A stretch of 64,000 bases of DNA from an uncultured Bacteroidia bacterium (lineage in GTDB: Bacteria; CAIWAD01; BS150m-G50): assembly GCA_964517435.1 (NCBI GenBank), contig CAZFEC010000008.1:10-64009 (forward strand), read 5' to 3'. The notes under the pieces are model-generated. The model worked only from the letters and a program-made list of their open reading frames with translations, ran no database searches and had not been told where the DNA came from. A program made the translations under genes and the position numbers. This document shows positions 37,338 to 46,953 of the stretch, in pieces (the first letter of the stretch is position 1; each line of letters opens with the position of its first letter).

Positions 37338-38258
37338 ATGGTGAAAAAAGACTACCAGCCAGGCTATGTGGAGCTGCACCGCACCGGTGAGCTGAAGCGG
37401 CGTAGCGAACTGGCTTACGCGCGACTGCCCGCCTGCGACCTCTGCGCCCGGGACTGTGGCGTTGATCGCCGTCGTGAAACCGGTCTCTGCCGCACCGGTA
37501 CCCGGGCGCGGGTGGCCAGCGCCAGCCCCCATCACGGCGAAGAAGCCCCGCTGCGCGGCTGGCGTGGCAGCGGTACCATCTTCTTCGCCCACTGCAATCT
37601 GAGCTGCCAGTACTGCATCAACTATGATATCAGCCTGTTGGGCGAGGGCCGCGAGCTGGAGCCGGAGGAGCTGGCGGAACTGATGCTGCAGCTGGCGGCC
37701 GCCGACTGTCACAACGTCAACCTGGTCAGTCCCAGCCATGTAGTACCGATGTTCCTGGCGGCGCTCGACCTCGCCGCCGGCGCCGGTCTGCGGCTGCCGC
37801 TCGTCTACAACAGCGGCGGCTACGATTCACTCACGGCACTGCAACTACTGGACGGGGTGGTCGATATCTATATGCCGGACATGAAGTACGCGGACGCCGC
37901 CATCGCCGAGCGCTATTCCGGTGCGGCCGACTATCCGCACCACAACCAGCGAGCGGTCAAAGAAATGCACCGGCAGGTGGGGGACCTGGCGATCGACCTG
38001 CAGGGGCTGGCGCAGCGGGGATTGCTGGTGCGTCACCTGGTACTGCCGGCGGAGCTGGCCGGTACCGCACGGATCGCCAGTTTCCTGGCGGAGGAGATCT
38101 CGCGCCACACCTATGTTAACGTCATGGCCCAGTACCGGCCCTGCTATCGTGCCGACGAGCTGCCACCCCTGGACCGGCCGCTCACGCGCGAGGAATACCT
38201 GGCGGCGGTCGACACGATGCGCGAAGCCGGCTTGCACCGCCTGGACGGTGACGGGTGA
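37338..38258 (+). CDS. Radical SAM protein, PflA-like / AmmeMemoRadiSam-type activating enzyme family
   Basis: N-terminal extra Cys cluster CDLCARDCGVDRRRETGLCRTG followed by canonical CNLSCQYCIN (CxxxCxxC). Confidence 0.65.
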   Translation: MVKKDYQPGYVELHRTGELKRRSELAYARLPACDLCARDCGVDRRRETGLCRTGTRARVASASPHHGEEAPLRGWRGSGTIFFAHCNLSCQYCINYDISLLGEGRELEPEELAELMLQLAAADCHNVNLVSPSHVVPMFLAALDLAAGAGLRLPLVYNSGGYDSLTALQLLDGVVDIYMPDMKYADAAIAERYSGAADYPHHNQRAVKEMHRQVGDLAIDLQGLAQRGLLVRHLVLPAELAGTARIASFLAEEISRHTYVNVMAQYRPCYRADELPPLDRPLTREEYLAAVDTMREAGLHRLDGDG

Positions 38259-38299
38259 ATGGCACTGGTTCGACAACGGCGAAACCGGGAAGGAGAGCG

Positions 38300-38773
38300 A
38301 TGATCCAGATCAGGGCGATGCAACCGGATGAGATCGTTCCGGTCAGCGAGCTGCTCTGTGCCTGCTACCGCTGGCTGGGCCTGGTGGAAGGCTTCACCGC
38401 GGCTGAAGTTGAATTCCTGCTGCGGGAGCGGGGTACGGCGGCGACGGTGGAGCGGGAATCCGCCCGTGAAACCTATCTGGTCGCTGTAGACGAAGGCTGC
38501 CTGGTGGGAATGACTTCCTTCCGCCGGAACGAAATCACCAAACTGTACGTGGATCCCCAGCTGCATCGCCGTGGCATTGGCCGGCAGCTGTTTGCACAGG
38601 CGGCGACGCATATCGCCGGGCAGGGTTTCGCTGATGTGTGTCTGGGGACGCTGGGCACCAGCACCATGCCCTTTTACGAGACGATGGGTATGCGAGTGGC
38701 GGGGCGGAAGCAGGTGCGGCTGGGGAGCGGCCCCACGCGGGAAGTGCAGCTGATGAAGCTGAGGTTTGAGTAG
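38300..38773 (+). CDS. GNAT family N-acetyltransferase
   Basis: ATG 38300 after GGGAAGGAGAG; motif A HRRGIGRQLF. Confidence 0.75.
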   Translation: MIQIRAMQPDEIVPVSELLCACYRWLGLVEGFTAAEVEFLLRERGTAATVERESARETYLVAVDEGCLVGMTSFRRNEITKLYVDPQLHRRGIGRQLFAQAATHIAGQGFADVCLGTLGTSTMPFYETMGMRVAGRKQVRLGSGPTREVQLMKLRFE

Positions 38774-39010
38774 CGTTCAGATGTGGATATTCAGCAATTG
38801 ATCAGTACCGGGAATTCGTCAGCATAACTCCTGAAACAACGAGAAGCTGAGTACGATTACGATGCAATTGTGAACCGCCGTTTTTTGCACCTGAAAACTG
38901 CCTGCAAGACCCATTCTGGGCCAATAAACGACGCTTACTATTGTAATATCAATATGATAATCAGGTCCGACCCCCGTGACAAATGACCCCGATGAATATG
39001 CCGGTGACAA

Positions 39011-39889
39011 ATGAATATGAGTAACCAACACCTGACCCTCCGCACCGCCTACTGGGACGACGCCGCAGCGCGCGCCGCCTTCAAGCGGTTCATCCTCGAG
39101 ATCTTCAGCCTGGACTTTGCCCTCTGGGAACGGCATGGCTACTGGGATGACGCCTACTGCCCCTTCTCGTATTTCTCCGGCGAGCAGATCGTAGCCAGCC
39201 TCTGCGTCTATGCGCTGGAAGCGCTGGTGGCGGGTAAACCGGTCCGGTTGGCGCAGATCTCCGCTGTCGGCACCCTCCCTGAATGGCGGCGGCGGGGATT
39301 GTGCCGGCAACTGACGGAGCTGGCGCTCCCCCGGACCGCTCCCCGGCCTGACGGCATCTTTCTCTTCGCCAGCGAGATGGCGCATCCTCTCTATACTGCC
39401 TGCGGATTCACACCGCTGACCGACCATCTGGAGCAGATCCGGGCCGAACCGATGCCGGCGCGTAAGGGAATCGTGAAACTCGATCCCGCCGACCCGGCAC
39501 AGCTGTCGAAGGTCTACCGTTACGCCCGCGAACGGTGTGCCGTCTCACAACGGTTCTGCGTTCACAACCCGCAGCTCTTGATGTTCCACGCGCTCTACAC
39601 GCTGCCGGACCAGGTTTACGAAATCCCGGAGCTGGAGACGTTGCTCTTCTGCGACTGGGAGGAGGACCTGCTCACCGTTTACGACATCGTGAGTCCGCAA
39701 CCGGTTCCCTGGGTGGAACTCTACCCCTGGCTGGCGACACCTGACATCCGGCGCGTCCGGTTTCACTTTCACACCGACCTGCTGGCGCTGGAGTCGGTGG
39801 AAATCCTGCCCCGCGCAGGCAATCACCCCTTTGTCCTGGCCCCCTTCCCGGCGCCGGCACCGATATTTCCCTTCACCAGCATCGCTTGA
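39011..39889 (+). CDS. GNAT-like acetyltransferase domain protein
   Basis: WRRRGLCRQL motif-A-like; 292 aa. Confidence 0.5.
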   Translation: MNMSNQHLTLRTAYWDDAAARAAFKRFILEIFSLDFALWERHGYWDDAYCPFSYFSGEQIVASLCVYALEALVAGKPVRLAQISAVGTLPEWRRRGLCRQLTELALPRTAPRPDGIFLFASEMAHPLYTACGFTPLTDHLEQIRAEPMPARKGIVKLDPADPAQLSKVYRYARERCAVSQRFCVHNPQLLMFHALYTLPDQVYEIPELETLLFCDWEEDLLTVYDIVSPQPVPWVELYPWLATPDIRRVRFHFHTDLLALESVEILPRAGNHPFVLAPFPAPAPIFPFTSIA

Positions 39890-40004
39890 GAGAGCCGCGG
39901 AACAGCAGGATATGTTACTACGACTTGACCTTTTGACCTCTATCCAATACCTTGCCTGGGAGAAGAGAACGACCAAGCTGTTTTATCAACGAGGGGGTAG
40001 GACT

Positions 40005-40427
40005 ATGAACCTGTTAGTCGAAAAAGTCGATGTGTGGGCTGCCAGTGTCCCGGATGCCACAGGCAGCTTGGCCAACGTGCTGACCACCCTGAAGGAAAGC
40101 GGTGCCGATCTGGAGTTGATCATCGCCAGACGGGCGAAGGAGAATCCGGGTACCGCTGCCGTCTTCATAGCACCGCTGCGGGGTGATGAAGAGATTAAAA
40201 CCGCCGCCATGCTGGGCTTCAACATCACCAGCAGTGTCAACGCGGTACGGGTCGAGGGTGAGAACGAACCCGGTATCGCCGCGGTGCTGACCACCAAGCT
40301 GGCGGAACGTGGAATCCCGCTGCGGGGTGCCACCACGGCGGTGATCGGATCGCGTTACATCATGTACCTGGGTCTGGATAACGAAGAGGATACCACCCGA
40401 GCGCTCGAATGTATCCAGGAAGGTTGA
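40005..40427 (+). CDS. ACT domain-containing protein
   Basis: ATG 40005 with GAGGGGG at 7 nt. Tandem ACT-like beta-alpha-beta-beta-alpha-beta units. Confidence 0.55.
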   Translation: MNLLVEKVDVWAASVPDATGSLANVLTTLKESGADLELIIARRAKENPGTAAVFIAPLRGDEEIKTAAMLGFNITSSVNAVRVEGENEPGIAAVLTTKLAERGIPLRGATTAVIGSRYIMYLGLDNEEDTTRALECIQEG

Positions 40428-40476
40428 GATCCTGAAACCACCGGAGTTTCAGCTTCGGTTTGCGAATGCCACTCCA

Positions 40477-40512
40477 ACCGCTTCCGTAACCAACGGGAGC
40501 GGTTTTATTGTT
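40477..40512 (+). terminator. Putative intrinsic terminator
   Basis: ACCGCTTCC-gtaaccaac-GGGAGCGGT followed by TTTATTGTTGT. Confidence 0.45.
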
Positions 40513-40787
40513 GTGCACGTATCCGGTGAACCTGAGAGTTGATCGCGGTTTTAATGATGATGACGTCACTGCTGCCGATGCACAGCCTCGGGCATGGTTT
40601 CATCCCGCCGCCGATCCGCGCCGCCGACCGGGAGTGGATCGATCAGATCATCTTCGGCGAGCCGACTTAGTCGACCACCTGCAGGATTCGTTGAGATTGG
40701 TTTCCGTTTCGCGTATATATGTCTGGTAACGGTAACGGAACCGGACGCGAGACCGTCGGACTCTTAATACCCAAATCTGGAGCTTAC

Positions 40788-41081
40788 ATGGAAGAACAAA
40801 CGAGATACGAACGCGCCCGCAAACGGGCAGAAGAGATGGGAGAGTTCTATCAGCATGTGGTGGTTTATATCGCTGTCAATCTCTTTCTACTGATCGTTAA
40901 CCTCTGGACCTCGCCGTCCTACATGTGGGTATTCTGGCCGATCGCCGGCTGGGGATTGGGTCTCGTATTGCATGGCCTTTCCGTTTTCGGCGGCACCCAG
41001 TTCTGGGGCAGCGAGTGGCGGGAGCAGAAAGCGCGGGAACTGATGGAGAAAGAGGAGCGGAATAAAAACATGATGCCGTAA
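40788..41081 (+). CDS. 2TM domain small membrane protein
   Basis: ATG 40788 with GGAG at 6 nt; two transmembrane helices then a charged tail. Confidence 0.5.
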   Translation: MEEQTRYERARKRAEEMGEFYQHVVVYIAVNLFLLIVNLWTSPSYMWVFWPIAGWGLGLVLHGLSVFGGTQFWGSEWREQKARELMEKEERNKNMMP

Positions 41082-41186
41082 TCATATCCGGGATTACGGC
41101 TACCGGCCTGTCGTCGCTGGGTGCTGGACCATTACTGCTGGTCGCGGTTGCTTCCCGCTATCGGCATTGTTTGTGGAGATACATCA

Positions 41187-41441
41187 ATGGAGCATTTCAC
41201 CAAAATCGTTGTCCTCGATAATGAAGTGCAGGCGCAGATCCTGGTCTCGCTGCTGGAGGAGGCGGGCATCCCGCACCGGCTGCGCAGTTACCGCGACTCT
41301 GTTCTGGACGGACTCTTCCAGGGTATGAAAGGATGGGGGCATGTCGATGCGCCGGAGCGCTTTCGCACGGAGATAATGGCGTTGCTGGAACGGGTGAATG
41401 AAGCAGGCAGAACCGCCGGCGATATTGAAGAAGTCGATTGA
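41187..41441 (+). CDS. DUF2007-like putative signal-transducing protein
   Basis: 84 aa; family assigned by recalled resemblance only. Confidence 0.4.
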   Translation: MEHFTKIVVLDNEVQAQILVSLLEEAGIPHRLRSYRDSVLDGLFQGMKGWGHVDAPERFRTEIMALLERVNEAGRTAGDIEEVD

Positions 41442-41478
41442 CCGCGACATCATCTTGAGGTTACCCCATCACCTGACA

Positions 41479-42432
41479 ATGTTACAAATGAGAGGAGACC
41501 AACGGACCGGCAGGCTGGCGGCCGGTCTCCTGGTGCTGATCGCAATAATCGCGTCTCAACTGATGGCAGGAGAGGAAAGCGGATTGAAATTACGGGAACT
41601 GACACCGGAAGAGGAGCGGGTCATACTGCACAAGGGCACCGAACCGGCTTTCTCCGGGGAGTATAACGACCACTTCACCACGGGGACCTACAGCTGCAGG
41701 CATTGCGGCGCCGCTCTCTACCGCTCGAGCGATAAATTCGCGTCGCATTGCGGGTGGCCCAGTTTTGACGACGCGCTCCCGGACGCTGTGGTCAGCCAGC
41801 CTGACGCCGACGGCAAGCGTACTGAGATTAGCTGCGGTAACTGCGGCGCGCACCTGGGACATGTTTTCAGCGGTGAGGAATATACCGACAAGAACATCCG
41901 GCACTGTGTCAATTCCATTTCGCTGGAGTTTCAGGCCGCACCGAAGCCAGCTACCGAGGTGGCCGTTTTCGCGGGCGGTTGTTTCTGGGGCGTGGAGTTT
42001 TACTTCCAGGTCGAACCGGGAGTGCTGTCGACCCGGGTCGGCTATACCGGCGGCGAACTCGAACAGCCGACCTACCAGAAGGTCTGTACGGGAGCGACCG
42101 GTCACGCCGAGGCGATCGAAATCACCTACGATCCCGCTTTGACCGATTTCGAGACGCTGGCGCGACTCTTTTTCGAGATCCACGATCCCACCCAGATCGA
42201 TCGCCAGGGCCCGGATATCGGTAATCAGTATCGTTCGGCGATCTTCTGCCAAAACGCGGAGCAGAAACGGATCGCACAGGGGTTGATCAAACTGCTGGAA
42301 ACCGCGGGCTTCCGGGTCGCGACGAAATTGCAGCCTGCCGGCACCTTCTGGGAAGCGGAGAATTACCACCAGGACTACTTCAAGACCACCGGCAAACGAC
42401 CCTACTGCCATGAGCGCACCAAGCGCTTCTAA
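41479..42432 (+). CDS. msrAB: Bifunctional peptide-methionine sulfoxide reductase MsrB-MsrA, secreted
   Basis: Signal peptide. MsrB zinc motifs (CRHCGAAL...CGNCGAHLGHVF) and catalytic RHCVNS, then MsrA GGCFWG. The catalytic residues are Cys, not Sec. Confidence 0.85.
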   Translation: MLQMRGDQRTGRLAAGLLVLIAIIASQLMAGEESGLKLRELTPEEERVILHKGTEPAFSGEYNDHFTTGTYSCRHCGAALYRSSDKFASHCGWPSFDDALPDAVVSQPDADGKRTEISCGNCGAHLGHVFSGEEYTDKNIRHCVNSISLEFQAAPKPATEVAVFAGGCFWGVEFYFQVEPGVLSTRVGYTGGELEQPTYQKVCTGATGHAEAIEITYDPALTDFETLARLFFEIHDPTQIDRQGPDIGNQYRSAIFCQNAEQKRIAQGLIKLLETAGFRVATKLQPAGTFWEAENYHQDYFKTTGKRPYCHERTKRF

Positions 42433-42480
42433 ACGGTTGCACTGTAGGCGCAGCGATCACCGAAAACAGGGAGTCTGATC

Positions 42481-42840
42481 ATGAGTCGAACCCAGCCACC
42501 CTGCAAAATCGAATGGCTGGAGATCCCCGCACCCGATCTGGCGACGGCGCGGGAATTCTACGCCAGCCTGTTCGGCTGGGCGATCGAATCCTACAGCCCC
42601 GATTACGCTGTCTTTCGCTCCGGCACGCTGCAGGGCGGTCTGAGCCGGGGACTGCAACCGAACGGCCAGGGGATCGGTTTTTCGATCACGGTGGATGATA
42701 TCGAGGCGATGCTGGCCAGGATCGTCGCAACCGGCGGAAACATCATCCGGGAGAAATATCATCTCGGCGGTGACCTGGGCTACTGCGCTCGTTTTGAGGA
42801 TCCCAACGGCAACCAGATCGAACTGTGGTCACCAGAGTAA
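42481..42840 (+). CDS. VOC family protein
   Basis: 119 aa with a glyoxalase-like fold (IEWLEIPAPDL...). Confidence 0.7.
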   Translation: MSRTQPPCKIEWLEIPAPDLATAREFYASLFGWAIESYSPDYAVFRSGTLQGGLSRGLQPNGQGIGFSITVDDIEAMLARIVATGGNIIREKYHLGGDLGYCARFEDPNGNQIELWSPE

Positions 42841-42860
42841 GTGAGAATTGGAGCAGCGAC

Positions 42861-43316
42861 ATGAGTGAGGCAGAGGCAATCGTAAAACTGGACAGTGACA
42901 GCAACCGACTCGTGCTGCAGGCGGATTTTCCGCAATTGACCACGGAACAGCTGTTCGCCTACTTCACCGAACCGGAGCTGCTGTGCGCCTGGTGGACACA
43001 GGGAGCGGAGCTGGAGCCCAGGCCGGGCGGACACTATCACTTCTGGTGGCCGGCGATGGATTGGCATCTGCGTGGTGAGATCCTGGAGTTCGTGACCGGT
43101 GAACGGTTGCGTTTCACCTGGAAGTGGGATCACGAACCGGACATGCCGCTGCGGGAGGTGGAACTGACCTTCACGCGGCGGGAAACGGGCAGCCGCCTGA
43201 TTCTGGTGCATGGTTTTTATACCGACACACCGGTGGACCAGACCGACCGCCGGGAGCACCTGGAAGGCTGGCTGCACTACCTGATGCATCTGCAAAAAGT
43301 GCTCGAGACCGGCTGA
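42861..43316 (+). CDS. SRPBCC superfamily protein (AHSA1/Aha1-like)
   Basis: ATG 42861 with GGAG at 7 nt; about 150 aa with the AHSA1 pattern. Confidence 0.65.
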   Translation: MSEAEAIVKLDSDSNRLVLQADFPQLTTEQLFAYFTEPELLCAWWTQGAELEPRPGGHYHFWWPAMDWHLRGEILEFVTGERLRFTWKWDHEPDMPLREVELTFTRRETGSRLILVHGFYTDTPVDQTDRREHLEGWLHYLMHLQKVLETG

Positions 43317-43337
43317 ACCGGTAGCGAGCTCGCTGCT

Positions 43338-43679
43338 ATGACGGACAACGGGATGTCTGCAACCTTCACCGAACGCGTACTCGCGGCGATACGGCGCATC
43401 CCGCCCGGCCGGGTGGCCACTTACGGCTCTATCGCACTGGCCGCCGGCAACCCGCGCGGCGCCAGGCAGGTAGCTCGCCTGCTGCACTCCAGCTCCGTCA
43501 AGCACAACCTGCCGTGGCAGCGGGTGGTGAACCGCGCCGGTTGTATCGCCCTGCCGCGAGGCGAGGGTTACGAGCTGCAGAAGCAACTGCTGGAAACGGA
43601 GGGGGTTGAATTCGGTGCCGGCGATACGATCGACCTGGAGCGTTATCTCTGGTCGGAGACCGGCCTGCCGACTCAATAG
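43338..43679 (+). CDS. Alkyltransferase-like (ATL) protein: MGMT-family DNA-binding domain lacking the acceptor Cys
   Basis: YGSIALAAGNPRGARQVARLL...NLPWQRVVNRAG matches the MGMT C-terminal domain, with PWQRV in place of the catalytic PCHRV. Confidence 0.7.
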   Translation: MTDNGMSATFTERVLAAIRRIPPGRVATYGSIALAAGNPRGARQVARLLHSSSVKHNLPWQRVVNRAGCIALPRGEGYELQKQLLETEGVEFGAGDTIDLERYLWSETGLPTQ

Positions 43680-43761
43680 CGGTCGATCGTCTGCCGATCA
43701 TCTGAAAGTTGGCGTGTGGCGGGCGTGTGCCGTACTACCTGTAATCTGATTGAGTCTCGAC

Positions 43762-44679
43762 ATGAACAAACCTGAACCTATACCTAAGATCGGTCTGGCG
43801 TTGGGCAGCGGTTCTTCCCGCGGCTGGTGCCATATCGGTATCCTCAACGCCCTGGTGGAGCGGGGTATCGTGCCGGATGTGATCTGCGGCTGTTCGATCG
43901 GTGCTTTGGTGGCGGCCTCCTACGCGAACGGCCATTTGAAACGGCTGGAGGAGTGGGTCCTCTCCCTGACCAGGCGGAAAACCACGAAGTACATCCGTTT
44001 CGATACCAAGCTGAACGGATTCGTCAACACCGAAAAGCTGCACCACTTCCTCAATCAATACGTCGCTGACGATGATGTCAGCATCGAAAACCTGCCGCTC
44101 CCTTTCGGCGTCGTCTCCACCGAGCTGGCTACCGGCCGGGAGATCTGGTTCACGCAGGGTTCATTAATCGAGGCGGTCTGGGCTTCCATCTCAATGCCGG
44201 GGCTCTTTCCGGCGATCAGCAACCGTAACCGCTGGCTGGTTGACGGCGGGCTGGTCAATCCGATACCGGTCACACTCTGCCGCTCGTTGGGAGCCGATAT
44301 CGTCATCGCCGTCAATCTGAACAACCGGATCAACGGGCAGCGCGTGCTGCCGGCAGTGGAACGTAAAGCGGAGAGTGGGGGTGTCGTCGGCCGCATCCGG
44401 GAAGCGGTGAAGGAGTACTCCGGCTCGCTCTTCGCCACCACCCGCGATACGGATGACACGCCCGGATTGCTGGAATCGATTGCCCGCTCGATCTACATCA
44501 CCCAGGATCGTATCACCCGCAGCCGCATCGCCGGCGATCCACCGGACCTGATGTTGACACCGCGCCTGGCACCGATCGGTTTCCTGGAGTTTCACCGCGC
44601 CGCGGAAGCTATCACCGAAGGAAAGCGCTGCGTACAGCGCCTGCTGCCCGACATTCTCTATGTCACCGGCCGGGAGTGA
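43762..44679 (+). CDS. Patatin-like phospholipase (RssA-like)
   Basis: Oxyanion hole GSGSSRG, nucleophile GCSIG (GxSxG), catalytic Asp in DGG. Confidence 0.8.
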   Translation: MNKPEPIPKIGLALGSGSSRGWCHIGILNALVERGIVPDVICGCSIGALVAASYANGHLKRLEEWVLSLTRRKTTKYIRFDTKLNGFVNTEKLHHFLNQYVADDDVSIENLPLPFGVVSTELATGREIWFTQGSLIEAVWASISMPGLFPAISNRNRWLVDGGLVNPIPVTLCRSLGADIVIAVNLNNRINGQRVLPAVERKAESGGVVGRIREAVKEYSGSLFATTRDTDDTPGLLESIARSIYITQDRITRSRIAGDPPDLMLTPRLAPIGFLEFHRAAEAITEGKRCVQRLLPDILYVTGRE

Positions 44680-44968
44680 GCGCCTGGAGCCTGACGATAC
44701 CGGCTCGGACATGTATAGTATTTCCCAGTTAAATTGTCTTAGTAGTTAATAACCTTCCGGGAAATACTATTAAGCTATGCCCGCTATGCCATTAAAGACG
44801 GACATTTTGTGTGAGCATAGCTATAACCGCGAGGTGAACCTCCCGCCGTAACCCACTTTCAGATTTCCCTGCTTGCTATAGCGCCGCCGATTGTGCATTA
44901 ATTAACCTGATACCGTCTCATCCGCCTGCTTAGCGGCTCAACTCCATTTAGCCAGGGATCTCATACCA

Positions 44969-46282
44969 ATGTCCAGTATACAACCTCGTCTCTACAGCGG
45001 TACCCGCGATCTGACGCCGGAGATGATGATCCAGCGCGAGGATATCATCGCCCGCCTGACCGAGGTCTTCCGCCGTTTCGGATTCTCCCCGCTGGAGACA
45101 CCGGCGCTGGAGTACCTGGAGATCCTGCTCGGCAAGTATGGCGATGAGGAGAAGCTGATCTATAAGCTGGATTACCGCAATGACCAGCCGGAGAAGCGGC
45201 TGGCGCTGCGCTACGACCTGACGGTGCCGTTGGCCCGCTGCGTCGCGCAGGACCGCAATCTGACGCTGCCTTTCAAGCGCTACCAGATCCAGCCGGTCTG
45301 GCGGGCGGATCGCCCCCAACCGCGCCAGGGACGTTTCCGCGAGTTCTATCAGTGCGATATCGATATCATCGGGGTGCCCGATATCACCGCCGACGCCGAG
45401 ATAGTGCAGCTGCAGTACGAGCTGCTGCGGGCGCTCAAGATTCCCGGTTTCCGGATCCGGGTCAGCGACCGGCGGTTGCTGCGCGGTCTGATCGAAGTGG
45501 CCGGTATCCCGCTGGAGTTGGAAGCCTCAGTTTGTACCGCCATCGACAAGAAGGACAAAGTCGGACTGGAGGGAGTCGAGGAGGATCTCGCCGTCCGCGG
45601 CGTTACCTCTGCGGCCGCCGACCGGTTGCTGGCGCTGCTCGCCTCCCCCCTGAGCTGGGACGGTATCGACGACTGGCGCGACCGCATCGCCACCTTCCCC
45701 AAAGCGCTGCAGGCGCTGACCGACCTGGAAGCCATGCAGGACATTCTCACCGCCGCCGGCCTGGATTTAACCTACATCACCCCCGATCCCTGGCTGGCAC
45801 GCGGTTTGGACTACTACACCGGGCCTATTTTCGAGACGACGCTGCCACAACTGCCGCACATGGGTTCGCTGACCGGCGGCGGGCGCTGGGACGGGCTGAT
45901 CGGGCTCTATTCCGACCGCGACCTGCCGGCGACCGGTGCCACCTTCGGCCTGGACCGGCTGTTGACCGCGATGGAGCAGCTGGATCTGCTGGAGAAGCGC
46001 GCCACCCGCACCCAGATCCTGGTCACCCTCTTCTTCCCGCAGACGCGCGAATACTGCCGGCGCCTGGCCGCGACTCTCCGGGAGCAGGGCATCGCCACTG
46101 AGACCTTCCTGGGACAGGCCAAGCTGAAGAAGCAGTTTGAGTACGCGGACCGGATGGGGATACCCTGGGTGGTGGTTGCCGGCGAGACCGAGCAGGAGCT
46201 GCAGCAATATACCTTGAAGGAAATGGCGACCGGCGAGCAGCAAAAGGTCGATCTGACCACGCTGCTGCAACGATTGGGTTGA
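44969..46282 (+). CDS. hisS: Histidine--tRNA ligase
   Basis: Class-II aaRS motifs (RYDLTVPLAR, FREFYQCDIDIIG, GGGRWDG) and a C-terminal anticodon-binding domain; 437 aa. Confidence 0.8.
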   Translation: MSSIQPRLYSGTRDLTPEMMIQREDIIARLTEVFRRFGFSPLETPALEYLEILLGKYGDEEKLIYKLDYRNDQPEKRLALRYDLTVPLARCVAQDRNLTLPFKRYQIQPVWRADRPQPRQGRFREFYQCDIDIIGVPDITADAEIVQLQYELLRALKIPGFRIRVSDRRLLRGLIEVAGIPLELEASVCTAIDKKDKVGLEGVEEDLAVRGVTSAAADRLLALLASPLSWDGIDDWRDRIATFPKALQALTDLEAMQDILTAAGLDLTYITPDPWLARGLDYYTGPIFETTLPQLPHMGSLTGGGRWDGLIGLYSDRDLPATGATFGLDRLLTAMEQLDLLEKRATRTQILVTLFFPQTREYCRRLAATLREQGIATETFLGQAKLKKQFEYADRMGIPWVVVAGETEQELQQYTLKEMATGEQQKVDLTTLLQRLG

Positions 46283-46310
46283 TGCGCCCTGATCCCTCCC
46301 AAGTTCCCGC

Positions 46311-46943
46311 TTACATATCTCCGTAGAGCAGGGAGAACTCCGTCAGCGTGTGAAATAACGCCTCGGTGAAAGTCGGCCAGGGCAGCCAGGTGGTCGGATC
46401 GGTCTGGCTCAGTTCCAGCGTCGGATCGAGCGCCTGCAGCGCTGTCAATGACGCAGCGAATTCGCCCCGGTAGAACTCGCATTGCGCTCGCAGCAACCAG
46501 AGATCCCGCCAGTTGACAGCCGGTTCATGGCTGAATACCCAGTCGGCAGCGAGGCTCAAAAGCGTCGCGGCTTCGGCACTCAGCGCGGCGTAGTCGGCGT
46601 CAGCCTGCTCACGCTGGGCGAACAAGCGGCCGGCGCGGCTGTCCAGATGCCAGGTGGAAAGTGCGATCGCGGCGTTGAAGCTGCTCAGCGCCGCGGCAGG
46701 TTGGTGCAGATGCAGATAACAGTAGCCGACGCCGCCGTAGGCTTCCGCCGCCGGTTCGCTGTTGATCACCTCGCTGAACTCAGCCAGCGCCTCCGCCCAT
46801 TCGTTCGCGTGATACAAGGTCCAGGCGGTGGTGAGGGGATCCTCCTCGCTGTCGTCGGGCTGGGAGGGTACGCTGCAGTTGAAGACGGTAAACGTCGCCA
46901 GCAACAGGAAGGCGATGGTCAACAGCTCGCGTTTACTCTTCAC
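46311..46943 (-). CDS. TPR-like lipoprotein (hypothetical)
   Basis: Lipobox TVFNCS; helical-repeat composition. Confidence 0.4.
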   Translation of the reverse strand: MKSKRELLTIAFLLLATFTVFNCSVPSQPDDSEEDPLTTAWTLYHANEWAEALAEFSEVINSEPAAEAYGGVGYCYLHLHQPAAALSSFNAAIALSTWHLDSRAGRLFAQREQADADYAALSAEAATLLSLAADWVFSHEPAVNWRDLWLLRAQCEFYRGEFAASLTALQALDPTLELSQTDPTTWLPWPTFTEALFHTLTEFSLLYGDM

Positions 46944-46953
46944 CTGTCACTCC

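Noticed and set aside
41479-42432. MsrB/MsrA as an additional selenoprotein (some lineages have Sec-MsrA or Sec-MsrB)
   Set aside because: The catalytic positions are encoded by Cys codons (GGCFWG and RHCVNS), and there is no in-frame TGA.
44680-44968. T-box leader upstream of hisS
   Set aside because: The T-box sequence is not present in the correct orientation. Only an ACCGCG...GGTGAACC fragment occurs, in the wrong order.
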